Below, piece by piece: positions 17,845 to 26,347 of a DNA stretch of 64,000 nucleotides (positions within the stretch are counted from its first letter, which is position 1; each line of letters starts with the position of its first letter). Both the position numbers and the translations under genes were made by a program. The stretch lies in assembly GCA_016933515.1 (NCBI GenBank), contig JAFGAV010000063.1:3629-67628 (forward strand), written 5' to 3'. The stretch is from Candidatus Aminicenantes bacterium. Lineage in GTDB: Bacteria > Acidobacteriota > Aminicenantia > Aminicenantales > JAFGAV01. The notes beneath the pieces were generated by a model, which was not told the DNA's origin, did no database searches, and saw only the letters and a program-made list of their open reading frames with translations.

Positions 17845-18903
17845 ATGAGAATCGTCAAGCTCAAAAAAGAGTATTTTCATCCCTTCCTGGACGTCATTTC
17901 CCGACAGGCTGAGCTTTGGGCGCCGGTGAAGAAGGGGGACAAGCACATCTTCGACCGTGTCGAGGACTTCAATCGGATCGAAATGAAAACGACGCGGACT
18001 CTTCTTCCCCCCAAGAAGCTTCTGGTCCCGCCCGCATTCAACACCTTCACCTTCAACGCGGAGGGGTACCAGGAGGACCTGTCTCACGTATCCTCCAAAA
18101 TTCTGTTCGGCATCCACCCCTGCGACATTCACGGCTTGCTCACCCTGGACAAGCTGTTCATGCATGAGTATACCGACCCTTACTACGTCAAAGCGCGCCA
18201 GAAAACGCTGATTCTCGGACTGTCCTGCTGGCCGGACGAATACTGTTTCGCCAAGTCCACACGGACGCACATCATCGACGAGGGATTCGATCTGTTTTTC
18301 ACCGACCTGGAGGATTTTTTCCTGGTCTGGGTCGGCTCCAGCCAAGGCGACGACCTCCTGCGCATGAAGCCCGACCTGTTCGAGGAAACGCTCAGTGATT
18401 CCGACATCCAGCGCTACATCCGCTGGCAAACGGAACGGGACAAGGCCTATCGGACCGAGATCAATTTCATGGCCATGCCCGACCTTATGGAGCTCAAATA
18501 CAAAGCCCCCTTCTGGGAGGAGGCGGGCCGGGCCTGCCTGGCCTGCGGATCCTGCTCCATGGTCTGCCCCACCTGCAACTGCTACAACGTTCTGGACAAG
18601 CTCGCCCTGGGCGGGAAGCCGGGGCGCCGCCTCCGGCTCTGGGATTCCTGCACGCTGGTCGAATATTCCGAGGTGGCCGGCGGAGAAAATTTCCGGGAGC
18701 ACAAGGCCGACCGCTTGCGCCTGTGGTACACCCACAAGCTGCAGGCCTACGTCAGCAAATACGGCAAGCCGAGCTGCGTCGGCTGCGGACGCTGTCTCGT
18801 GACCTGCCCGGTGGAGATCAACGTCCGGACGATCTCCAAGGCTCTCGAGGGCGAAGACCCCAAGGCCTTTTGGTACCGACTCCCAAGCGAGGTGAAACCA
18901 TGA
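17845..18903 (+). CDS. group-3b [NiFe] hydrogenase beta subunit-like (HydB/AsrA-type 4Fe-4S protein)
   Basis: ATG 17845 follows AAAGGAG. CLACGSCSMVCPTCNC and CVGCGRCLVTCP cluster motifs. The upstream 38 codons of the track ORF span the promoter region and are rejected. Confidence 0.8.
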   Translation: MRIVKLKKEYFHPFLDVISRQAELWAPVKKGDKHIFDRVEDFNRIEMKTTRTLLPPKKLLVPPAFNTFTFNAEGYQEDLSHVSSKILFGIHPCDIHGLLTLDKLFMHEYTDPYYVKARQKTLILGLSCWPDEYCFAKSTRTHIIDEGFDLFFTDLEDFFLVWVGSSQGDDLLRMKPDLFEETLSDSDIQRYIRWQTERDKAYRTEINFMAMPDLMELKYKAPFWEEAGRACLACGSCSMVCPTCNCYNVLDKLALGGKPGRRLRLWDSCTLVEYSEVAGGENFREHKADRLRLWYTHKLQAYVSKYGKPSCVGCGRCLVTCPVEINVRTISKALEGEDPKAFWYRLPSEVKP

Positions 18904-19760
18904 ACGGAGAAACACGCTGCCGGGAAGAAGGCAACCCCTTTCTCCCCCATCCGGCGCGCATCGTCCGGACTTACCCTCTGACCCAGGACGTGAAGTTTTT
19001 TCAGATCCGCTTTCTGAACATGGATCAGGCCCTGGCCTTCAAATACAAGCCGGGCCAGTTCGCCATGATCTCGGTCTTGGGAGCGGGGGAAGCTCCCTTC
19101 TGCCTGTCGTCTCCCCCCTCGCGGCCCGGGCTGCTCGAATTCTGCATCCGGAAAGCGGGCTCCGTGACCGGCGCCCTCTTCGACCTCAAGGAAAACGCCA
19201 TGATCGGCGTCCGAGGTCCGTACGGCAACGGCTTCCCCATCGAACAGATGGCGGGCCGGGACATCCTGATCACCATCGGCGGCCTGGGCGTCGCCCCTCT
19301 CCGCTCGGTGCTGCTTTACTGCCTGGACAACCGCGATCAGTTCGGCAAGGTCTCCGTCCTCTACGGCGCCAAGAAGCCTTCGGAAATGATCTTCCGCGAG
19401 GAATATTTCGCCCTCAAGGAACGGGGGGACCTGGAGTGCCACCTGGCCGTGGACGCGGACGACACGGGCTCCTGGACGGAGAACGTCGGCGTGGTGACGA
19501 CCCTCTTTCCCAAGCTGTCCAAGGTCAATCCGGAGAACACCTACGCCCTCGTCTGCGGGCCGCCCGTCATGTACAAGTTCGTCCTCCGCGAGTTCGTCAA
19601 GCTCAGCATCCCCAAGAACCAGATCCTCATGACCCTCGAACGCCGGATGAAGTGCGGCGTGGGCAAGTGCGGACACTGCGCCATCGATTACATCTACACC
19701 TGTCTGGACGGCCCCGTTTTCACGTACTGGGACGTCCTCCACATGCGGGAGCTCATCTGA
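18900..19760 (+). CDS. group-3b hydrogenase gamma subunit-like (FAD/NAD(P)H-binding, [2Fe-2S]; HydG/AsrB-type)
   Basis: ATGA overlap with the beta subunit. FKYKPGQFAMIS, GPYGNGF, IGGLGVAPLRS, CGPPVMYKF, C-terminal CGVGKCGHCA. Confidence 0.85.
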   Translation: MNGETRCREEGNPFLPHPARIVRTYPLTQDVKFFQIRFLNMDQALAFKYKPGQFAMISVLGAGEAPFCLSSPPSRPGLLEFCIRKAGSVTGALFDLKENAMIGVRGPYGNGFPIEQMAGRDILITIGGLGVAPLRSVLLYCLDNRDQFGKVSVLYGAKKPSEMIFREEYFALKERGDLECHLAVDADDTGSWTENVGVVTTLFPKLSKVNPENTYALVCGPPVMYKFVLREFVKLSIPKNQILMTLERRMKCGVGKCGHCAIDYIYTCLDGPVFTYWDVLHMRELI

Positions 19761-19770
19761 GGAGGCGGCC

Positions 19771-20553
19771 ATGAAAAAAGACAAGCTGAAAATCGGGATC
19801 TACGAGCTGACGGGCTGCGCCGGGGACGCCCTTCTCATCCTCGACTGCGAGGACGAGCTCATCAACATATTCCATGCCGCGGACATCCGGTCGTTCCTGA
19901 TGGCCAAAAGCGACAACATCGACGGCGAGCTCGATGTCGCCCTCGTCGAGGGCTCGGTCAGCACGGAAAGGGACCTCCAGGAGCTTCTCGACATCCGGAA
20001 ACGGTCCAAAGTGCTCGTGGCCATCGGGCTCTGCGCCACCGCGGGAGGAAACCAGGCCGCGTTCCTCGACCCCCGGGAGTGGGAGGACAATCTGAAGAAG
20101 GTCTACGGCCGGACCGAGATGACCCACACCAAACCCCTTCAATCCAAACCCCTCAACGCCTACGTCAAGGTCGATCATTACCTGCCCGGATGTCCCATCG
20201 ACCGGGAGCAGTTTCTCTCGACCCTCACCCGCCTCCTGGCCGGACATCCCCCGGAGCTGCACCGCTTTCCCGTCTGCGTGGAGTGCAAATGGCGGGAGAA
20301 CGACTGCCTCCTCAATCGGGGCATCCTCTGCCTCGGCCCCTTGACGGCCGCGGGGTGCCGGGCGGTCTGTCCCAGCCACAACCTGCCCTGCGTCGGCTGC
20401 TGGGGGCCGGCCGAGGAGGCCAACTACACGGCCGAGTATCAGCTCCTGATGGAAAAGGGGTTCGACCGGGAGATGATCCTGCGCAAGATGTCCACCTTCA
20501 GCGGAACGGCCATCGCCGATTTCGCCGCCCGCATCCGAGGAGTAAAGAAATGA
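19771..20553 (+). CDS. group-3b [NiFe] hydrogenase small (delta) subunit
   Basis: KIGIYELTGCAGDALLILD (NuoB-like proximal cluster) and GCPI...CVECK...CLGP...GCRAVCP...CVGCWGP distal clusters. No Tat signal. Confidence 0.85.
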   Translation: MKKDKLKIGIYELTGCAGDALLILDCEDELINIFHAADIRSFLMAKSDNIDGELDVALVEGSVSTERDLQELLDIRKRSKVLVAIGLCATAGGNQAAFLDPREWEDNLKKVYGRTEMTHTKPLQSKPLNAYVKVDHYLPGCPIDREQFLSTLTRLLAGHPPELHRFPVCVECKWRENDCLLNRGILCLGPLTAAGCRAVCPSHNLPCVGCWGPAEEANYTAEYQLLMEKGFDREMILRKMSTFSGTAIADFAARIRGVKK

Positions 20554-22283
20554 AGACCATCAGCATCAGCCATCTGGCCCGCGTCGAGGGGGCCGGGGGC
20601 GTCACGGCCACGATCGACGGCCAGGTCGTGACCGACGTCAAGTTCATCATCAACGAAGGCCCGCGCCTGTTCGAACGCCTGACGATCGGCAAGACTCCCG
20701 AGGAAGACCTCAACATCGTCCCCCGCATCTGCGCCATCTGCACGCTGTCCCACCGCTACGCCGCCCTGCGCGCCCTGGAAAAAGCCCTGGCGATCAAGGA
20801 GCCGCCCAAGGTCCTGCTCCTGAGAGAGCTCATGCACCTGGGGGAAATGATCGAAAGCCATTCCCTGCATGTCTATCTCCTGGCCCTTCCCGATTACCTC
20901 GGCTATCCGAACGCCATCGCCATGGCCTCCAAATACGGCTTCGAGGCCAAGGTCGGCCTGGAGATGAAGCAGTTCGGCAACCACATCATGAAAACCCTGA
21001 GCGGACGGTTCGTCCACGGCGAGAATCCCATTCTCGGAGGCTTCGGCCGCTTCCCGACCCGCGAGGAGCTGGTCTTCATCAAGAACCGCGCCGTGCAATT
21101 CCTGCCCTTCGCCCTGAAAACCGTGCAGCTCATGTGCGAACTGCCCTATCCCGAGATCCCTGAGTCGGACACTCTGTTCGTCTGCTGCCACCCCGCCGCC
21201 GGGCAATTCGGCTTCATGGGCGACGAGGTCATCCTCTCCAACGGCGACCTCGTCGACGCTCAGGAGTACAAAAAGGTCACCAACGAGTTCATCGTCTCCC
21301 ATTCCTTCTGCAAGCGCAGCCAATATGACGGCAAGCCCTATTCCGTGGGCGCCCTGGCGCGGATCAACAATCTGGGAGAGAGGCTGGAAGGAGAGGCCGG
21401 ACGCGCCTTCAAAAAGTATTTCAACGCCCGCTGGAAGAAGAACCCCCTGTTCAACAACGCCGCGCAGGCCCTGGAGATCCTCTACAGTTTCGAGCGCATC
21501 CCCCAAGTCATCGAGGAAGCCCTCAAGATGCCCGACCCGGAACCGGTCGGATGGGGCCGGGACACGGGGAAAGCCGTCGGCGCCGTCGAGGCCCCGCGCG
21601 GCATCCTGTTCCACGCCTATGACGTTTCCGCCGGACGCATCGCCCACACCGATATCGTCACCCCCACGGCTCAAAACGCGGAGGACATCGAGCGTTACTG
21701 TTTCATCGCCGCGCAAACGCTCTTGAAAAAAGGGGAAGAGGCCAAAATCAGGGACCGTATGGATCTCGTGATCCGCGCGTTCGACCCGTGCATCAGCTGC
21801 TCGGCCCACATGGTCCAGGTCAAACAGGCTCCGAACGAAGATTGGAAAACCCGTCTCCAAGAGCTGGCGTCCGGGGGGGAGACGGCCTTCGTCGGTCTCG
21901 GCCGTGAAGACCGGTCGGACGACGCCGCCGGACTGGAGCTGGCCCGCCTCCTCAGAGACCGCGGCTCAAAAAACGTTCGGCTGGCCGAGGACCTGTCGGA
22001 GGAGACCGCACCGGCCGTCGGAACGCGACCGCTCGTTTTTCTCGACGCCGTGGATTTCGGCGAAAAGCCGGGCAAAATCTGTCTCCTTCCCCTGCGCTTT
22101 GTCCTCTGGAACACGTCCCTGAGCCACAGACTGGCCGCCCTGACCGGACTGCCCCTCGATTCCGAACAGCTTCTAGGGGCCCATCTTCTGGGCATCCAGC
22201 CGGCTTCCATCGCCGAGGGCGGCCCGATATCGGCCGAAGTCCGGGAAGCCATGAACGAAATCCTGGAAATGCTCGGCAACTGA
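20550..22283 (+). CDS. group-3b [NiFe] hydrogenase large (alpha) subunit fused in frame to a HybD/HycI-type maturation endopeptidase domain
   Basis: ATGA overlap with the small subunit. LARVEGAG; RICAICTLSH; DPCISCSAH (His420). The frame then continues 157 codons without a stop: AFVGLGREDRSDDAAGLELARLL...LVFLDAVDFG...SLSHRL...LLGIQP are endopeptidase motifs. Confidence 0.85.
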   Translation: MKTISISHLARVEGAGGVTATIDGQVVTDVKFIINEGPRLFERLTIGKTPEEDLNIVPRICAICTLSHRYAALRALEKALAIKEPPKVLLLRELMHLGEMIESHSLHVYLLALPDYLGYPNAIAMASKYGFEAKVGLEMKQFGNHIMKTLSGRFVHGENPILGGFGRFPTREELVFIKNRAVQFLPFALKTVQLMCELPYPEIPESDTLFVCCHPAAGQFGFMGDEVILSNGDLVDAQEYKKVTNEFIVSHSFCKRSQYDGKPYSVGALARINNLGERLEGEAGRAFKKYFNARWKKNPLFNNAAQALEILYSFERIPQVIEEALKMPDPEPVGWGRDTGKAVGAVEAPRGILFHAYDVSAGRIAHTDIVTPTAQNAEDIERYCFIAAQTLLKKGEEAKIRDRMDLVIRAFDPCISCSAHMVQVKQAPNEDWKTRLQELASGGETAFVGLGREDRSDDAAGLELARLLRDRGSKNVRLAEDLSEETAPAVGTRPLVFLDAVDFGEKPGKICLLPLRFVLWNTSLSHRLAALTGLPLDSEQLLGAHLLGIQPASIAEGGPISAEVREAMNEILEMLGN

Positions 22284-22301
22284 CGGTGCGACACGTTTCC
22301 G

Positions 22302-22363
22302 GAAAGGGAGTCCCGCCTGGTGAGTAAGGCCCAAGCGACGCCCGGCTCCCTTTCTCTTTTTTT
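22302..22363 (+). terminator. putative intrinsic terminator of the group-3b hydrogenase operon
   Basis: 9-bp stem GAAAGGGAG / CTCCCTTTC (22302-10 / 22346-54) with a long 35-nt loop, followed by TCTTTTTTT. It starts 19 nt after the stop codon. Confidence 0.45.
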
Positions 22364-22612
22364 CCCGCCGCCGGATCGTCCGGCATGGCCGCTCTCATGC
22401 GCCTTCATCCGGCATCGATTCTCCATGACCGGACGATCCCCTTCTTTCCATGAGGGAAGATTTTTTCGGCTCCCGGGGAGACGTTCTTCGGCGCTCCTTT
22501 CCGCGAAACGCTTTTGGGAAACGGTGTTTTTTATTGATCAAGGCCGGCTTGCGGGGAGCGGCGTCGTTTTGGCCCGTCGATGGCTTTTATCGGGTCGGAA
22601 AAACCGGATTCC

Positions 22613-23404
22613 ATGACTCCGAACGAGAACCGCCTCCTGATTGTTGATCCCGACCCGCGCGTTCGCCAAGCGCTGACCGAAACATTAAGCCGCGCGGGTC
22701 GCGGCCTCGACACGGCCTGCAATCTCGCGGAGGCCATAAAAAAAATCCCCGGCGGCGGCTTCTCCTGCCTGGTCATGGACGTCGACCTTCCGGAGATGAA
22801 GGGTTATGAGGCCGTGCCCGTCCTGAAAAATCTCGACCCGGGCCTGAAAATCATCATGACCACCCGCCGCAATTCCAAAAAACTCGAAGCCCGCGTCCGG
22901 AGGGAGGACATTTTTTACTATTTCATCAAGCCCTTCGGAACCGAGGAATTGAGGCTGGCCGTTGACAGCGCCTTCAATAAAAAAAAAGAGGAGGAAGCCA
23001 TGAGCGATGATCCCAAAATTCTGGTGATCGACGACGACCCGGACTTTCGGGCGGCCGTGACGCCCATCCTGAAGTCCGCTCTGTATGAGGTCGTCACCGC
23101 ATCTTCACTGGAGGAGGGGAAAAAGACGATCTTGGCCGAGAAGCCCGACCTCATCCTTCTGGACATCATGATGGACAGCCTGTTCGACGGATTCTCTCTC
23201 TGCAACGACATCAAGACTTCCCCTGAGTTCCGGGAAGTCCGGGGAACCCCGGTGATCTTTTGCTCCGCGGTCAAAGACATGGCCGGCAGCCGGTTTCAAT
23301 TCCCGGGCGACGAGGAGGGTCTGGCCGGGCCCGACGACTACATCGACAAACCCGTCAAGCCCAAAGACCTCCTGGCCAGAATTCAGAAATTGTTGAAAAA
23401 GTAG
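22613..23404 (+). CDS. tandem-receiver (REC-REC) response regulator without output domain
   Basis: Two receiver domains: LLIVDPD...LVMDVDLPEMKG...KPF and ILVIDDD...ILLDIMMD...DKPV. Start taken at ATG 22613; the track ORF starts at 22580. Confidence 0.8.
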   Translation: MTPNENRLLIVDPDPRVRQALTETLSRAGRGLDTACNLAEAIKKIPGGGFSCLVMDVDLPEMKGYEAVPVLKNLDPGLKIIMTTRRNSKKLEARVRREDIFYYFIKPFGTEELRLAVDSAFNKKKEEEAMSDDPKILVIDDDPDFRAAVTPILKSALYEVVTASSLEEGKKTILAEKPDLILLDIMMDSLFDGFSLCNDIKTSPEFREVRGTPVIFCSAVKDMAGSRFQFPGDEEGLAGPDDYIDKPVKPKDLLARIQKLLKK

Positions 23405-23531
23405 CATCACGCGGCGCCCTCAGCCTTGCGGTCGGCTGAAATCGGGGTTGTTTTCGTGTACAATGAAGCCATAAAGCGGAAGGACAATCCATCGCTCCCC
23501 GGACGGAAATGTCCGCTGGATTGAAGAAAAC

Positions 23532-24647
23532 ATGGCAGGCGAAGTTTTGACCATTTTAGTCATCGACGACGAAGAGTCCATGCGCGATTCCTGCAGCCAG
23601 ATTTTTCTCAAAGACGGCTTCCGGGCGGAAACCGCCGAGAACGGCGAGGTCGGCCTGAAAAAAATCGAGGAGCTTCATCCTCACCTTGTCCTCGTCGACC
23701 TGAAAATGGCCGGTCTCAGCGGCTTCGAAGTCCTGGAGCGCGGCCTTCAGCTCGACAAGGACCTGGTCTTTGTGGTCATCACCGGCTATGCCACCGTGGA
23801 ATCGGCCGTGGAGGCCATGAAAAAGGGGGCCTATGACTTCCTGCCCAAGCCGTTTTCGCCCGAGGAGCTGCGGATGATCATCCGCCGCGGGCTCGAGCGG
23901 CGCCTTCTCCTCCTGGAAACCAAAGCGCTGCGGCGGGAAAAAAAGCTCATGGAGGAAAATTTCGTGACCATGGTCTCCCACCAGCTCCGCAGCCCCCTGG
24001 CGGCCATCGAGCAGTACTTCGAGGTTCTTCTGGCGGGCATGGTCGCGCCTCTTGACGCGGGCGTCAAGGAGATGCTGACCCGGGCCGAGGAGCGTCTGGC
24101 GGGGCTTCTGCAACTCATCAATGACTGGCTGGACCTCTCCCGCCTGGGTCAAGTCCGGACGACAGACGCAATGAAGCCTGTCGCCCTTCGCCCCCTGCTC
24201 GGCCGCCTGACGGAGTTCTGGCGTCCGGCGGCGGCCAAAAGCGGCGTCACGCTCTCCCTGCGAAAAACAATAGGCTCGGATCGCGCGTGGGGGGACGAAC
24301 AAAGCCTGGAACAGATCTTCTCCAACCTGCTCAGCAACGCCGTCAAGTACAACCGGCCGGGCGGGACGGTCGCGCTCGCCGTTCGAGAAGAGGTCGCCGC
24401 CGTGGCCGTCGAAATCCGGGATACGGGCGTCGGCATCCCCGCCGAGCACATGCCCCGCCTCTTCGATCCGTTCTTTCGGGTCAAGCGCACTGAGGACCGG
24501 GAAGAGAAGGGAACGGGTTTGGGATTGCCGATCGCCAAAAAAATCGCGGAATCCCACGGCGGCCGCATCGAGGTTGAGAGCAAGGAAGGCCGGGGATCGA
24601 CCTTCACCGTCTTCCTTCCGAAAGAAAAAAAGGAGACGGACCATTAG
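23532..24647 (+). CDS. hybrid REC-HisKA-HATPase histidine kinase (cytoplasmic)
   Basis: ILVIDDEESMRD...VLVDLKMAG...KPF; H-box MVSHQLRSPLAAI; NLLSNAVKYN; DTGVGI; GTGLGLPIAK. No TM segments. Confidence 0.85.
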   Translation: MAGEVLTILVIDDEESMRDSCSQIFLKDGFRAETAENGEVGLKKIEELHPHLVLVDLKMAGLSGFEVLERGLQLDKDLVFVVITGYATVESAVEAMKKGAYDFLPKPFSPEELRMIIRRGLERRLLLLETKALRREKKLMEENFVTMVSHQLRSPLAAIEQYFEVLLAGMVAPLDAGVKEMLTRAEERLAGLLQLINDWLDLSRLGQVRTTDAMKPVALRPLLGRLTEFWRPAAAKSGVTLSLRKTIGSDRAWGDEQSLEQIFSNLLSNAVKYNRPGGTVALAVREEVAAVAVEIRDTGVGIPAEHMPRLFDPFFRVKRTEDREEKGTGLGLPIAKKIAESHGGRIEVESKEGRGSTFTVFLPKEKKETDH

Positions 24648-25173
24648 CGGCGGAAAAACGCTCGTCCTGGGCCTGGGGAACGACCTCTACGGAGACGACG
24701 GCGTGGGGATCGAGGTCGTCCGCCGGCTGAGGGAAGAAACGGCGACGGTCCGCAACGAGGAACACACCGTCTTCGAGGAATGCACGCTCACGGGTCTGGC
24801 GCTTCTGGATGTCATCACCGGCTACGACCGCCTGATCCTCGTCGACACGATCAAGAGGCCGCGGCCCCGGACCGGCAGAGTCAGCATTTTGAGGGCGGAG
24901 GATCTGAGGTCCCTCCCCGGCCCTTCGCCCCATTATGTGTCCGTCCCCCAGACCATCGAGATCGGCCGCCGCGTCGGCCTCCCTGTCCCCTCGACGATCA
25001 TCGTCGTCGCCGTCGAGTCGAAGAACATGCACCGCCTCGGCGAAGGACTCTCGGAGGACATGAGGCGGTCGCTGCCCCGCATCATGGAGACAGTGAGGGA
25101 GGCTCTGAAAAACGACGCCACCGGCAAAAAAATCACCGGTTCCGCCCGGGGGGCCCGAGGACGGCGCCCATGA
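24574..25173 (+). CDS. stand-alone [NiFe] hydrogenase maturation endopeptidase (HyaD/HybD/HycI family); start codon uncertain
   Basis: LVLGLGNDLYGDDGVGIEVV, LILVDT, SPHYVSV motifs. The track start (TTG 24574) overlaps the kinase gene by 74 nt. AGGAGA at 24631-36 sits 6 nt before an in-frame ATT at 24643. Confidence 0.8.
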   Translation: MRARKAGDRPSPSSFRKKKRRRTISGGKTLVLGLGNDLYGDDGVGIEVVRRLREETATVRNEEHTVFEECTLTGLALLDVITGYDRLILVDTIKRPRPRTGRVSILRAEDLRSLPGPSPHYVSVPQTIEIGRRVGLPVPSTIIVVAVESKNMHRLGEGLSEDMRRSLPRIMETVREALKNDATGKKITGSARGARGRRP

Positions 25174-25850
25174 AGCGCAAGGACGTGGAGGTCTACGAGG
25201 ACATCCTCAAGTCGAACGTCGCCGCGGCCGCGGAGGTCCGGCGCCGCTTTCGGGAACAGGGCGTTCTCGTCGTCAATCTCTTAAGCTCACCGGGGGCGGG
25301 AAAGACCACGCTCCTCGAGCGGCTCATCGACAGGCTCCCGCCCCCCGCCCGACTGGCCGTCATCGAGGGCGACATCGAAACCGAGCGCGACGCCGAGCGC
25401 ATCCGGGCCAAGGGCGTCCCGGCCTGGCAGATCCAGACGGGCGGCGCCTGCCATCTCGAAGCCAAGATGATCGGCCGGCTCCTGGGGGAACTGCCCTCCG
25501 ATTTGGACTTCCTGTTCATCGAGAACGTGGGCAATCTCGTCTGCCCCGCCGCCTTCGACTTGGGCGAAAGCCTCCGCGTGGTGCTGTTGTCCGTTCCCGA
25601 GGGCGACGACAAGCCGAAAAAATACCCCAAGGCGTTCCTGACCGCCCAGGCCCTCGTCCTCAGCAAGGCGGACCTTGTCGGCCTGCTGCCCTTCGATCCC
25701 GAGCGGGCCCGCGGAGAAGCCCTGGAGATCAATCCTTCCCTCGCGGTCTTCCGCGTCTCGGCCCTCACCGGGGAGGGTCTCGACGACCTGGTCGCTTATC
25801 TCCACCTCGCGCGGGCCGGGCTCGCCGCCGAAGACGGCCGCCATGCATGA
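25170..25850 (+). CDS. hypB: hydrogenase nickel-incorporation GTPase HypB
   Basis: ATGA overlap with the endopeptidase gene. SSPGAGKTTLL (P-loop), GGACHLEA (CH motif), ENVGNLVCPA, LSKADL. Confidence 0.9.
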   Translation: MKRKDVEVYEDILKSNVAAAAEVRRRFREQGVLVVNLLSSPGAGKTTLLERLIDRLPPPARLAVIEGDIETERDAERIRAKGVPAWQIQTGGACHLEAKMIGRLLGELPSDLDFLFIENVGNLVCPAAFDLGESLRVVLLSVPEGDDKPKKYPKAFLTAQALVLSKADLVGLLPFDPERARGEALEINPSLAVFRVSALTGEGLDDLVAYLHLARAGLAAEDGRHA

Positions 25851-26205
25851 GATGTCGCTCATCGCCGGGCTCTTCGAAATCCTCGAGGAGAAAGCCCGCG
25901 AGCACAAAGCCCGCAGCGTCACGGCCGTGAGACTGCGGGTGGGGACGCTCTCGGGCGCAGTGCCGGAGCTCCTCGAGACCGCCTTCGACATGTACAAAAA
26001 GGGGACGCTGGCCGAAAAGGCCGCGCTGGTCACCATCGCCGTGCCGGTCAAGGTCCGCTGCCGCGCCTGCGGCTCGGAGTTCGAGGTCGACGATTATGTT
26101 TTCCACTGCCAGTTCTGCGGAGCGGCCGACCTGGAAATTCTCTCCGGGACCGATCTCCTCGTGGAATCGATCGAGCTCGAAACCGAGGACGAGACGCCGG
26201 CCTGA
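25843..26205 (+). CDS. hypA: hydrogenase nickel-insertion protein HypA
   Basis: Starts MHEMSL (MHE nickel site) and carries the zinc motif CRACG...CQFCG. 120 aa; 8-nt overlap with hypB. Confidence 0.85.
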   Translation: MHEMSLIAGLFEILEEKAREHKARSVTAVRLRVGTLSGAVPELLETAFDMYKKGTLAEKAALVTIAVPVKVRCRACGSEFEVDDYVFHCQFCGAADLEILSGTDLLVESIELETEDETPA

Positions 26206-26264
26206 ACATGTCCCTCCTTCCTCGGCCCGGCCGTCGCATTCCGTCCGCTCATCAGCCGGCAGTC

Positions 26265-26294
26265 CCCCCCGGACATTGTTTTCGTTCCGGGGGG
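26265..26294. terminator. strong stem-loop between convergent hypA and pstB (9-bp stem CCCCCCGGA/TCCGGGGGG, 12-nt loop)
   Basis: Read directly from the sequence. It is flanked by an A-run on the + strand side only, so orientation and efficiency are uncertain. Confidence 0.4.
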
Positions 26295-26347
26295 AAAAAC
26301 ACCTCGGGAAATCGTTCTCCGCGGATGGGAAAGACGCCGGTCCGCGG

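Noticed and set aside
22320-22616. 98-aa + strand ORF filling the hydrogenase / REC-REC intergenic region
   Set aside because: It starts inside the terminator hairpin loop and has no RBS. The translation is Arg/Ser/Phe-rich with no motif, and it runs into the better-supported REC-REC start region.
24780-25169. 130-codon upstream extension of the hypB ORF
   Set aside because: It overlaps the endopeptidase gene out of frame and has Arg/Pro/His-rich composition. ATG 25170 overlaps the protease stop (ATGA) and starts a normal HypB.
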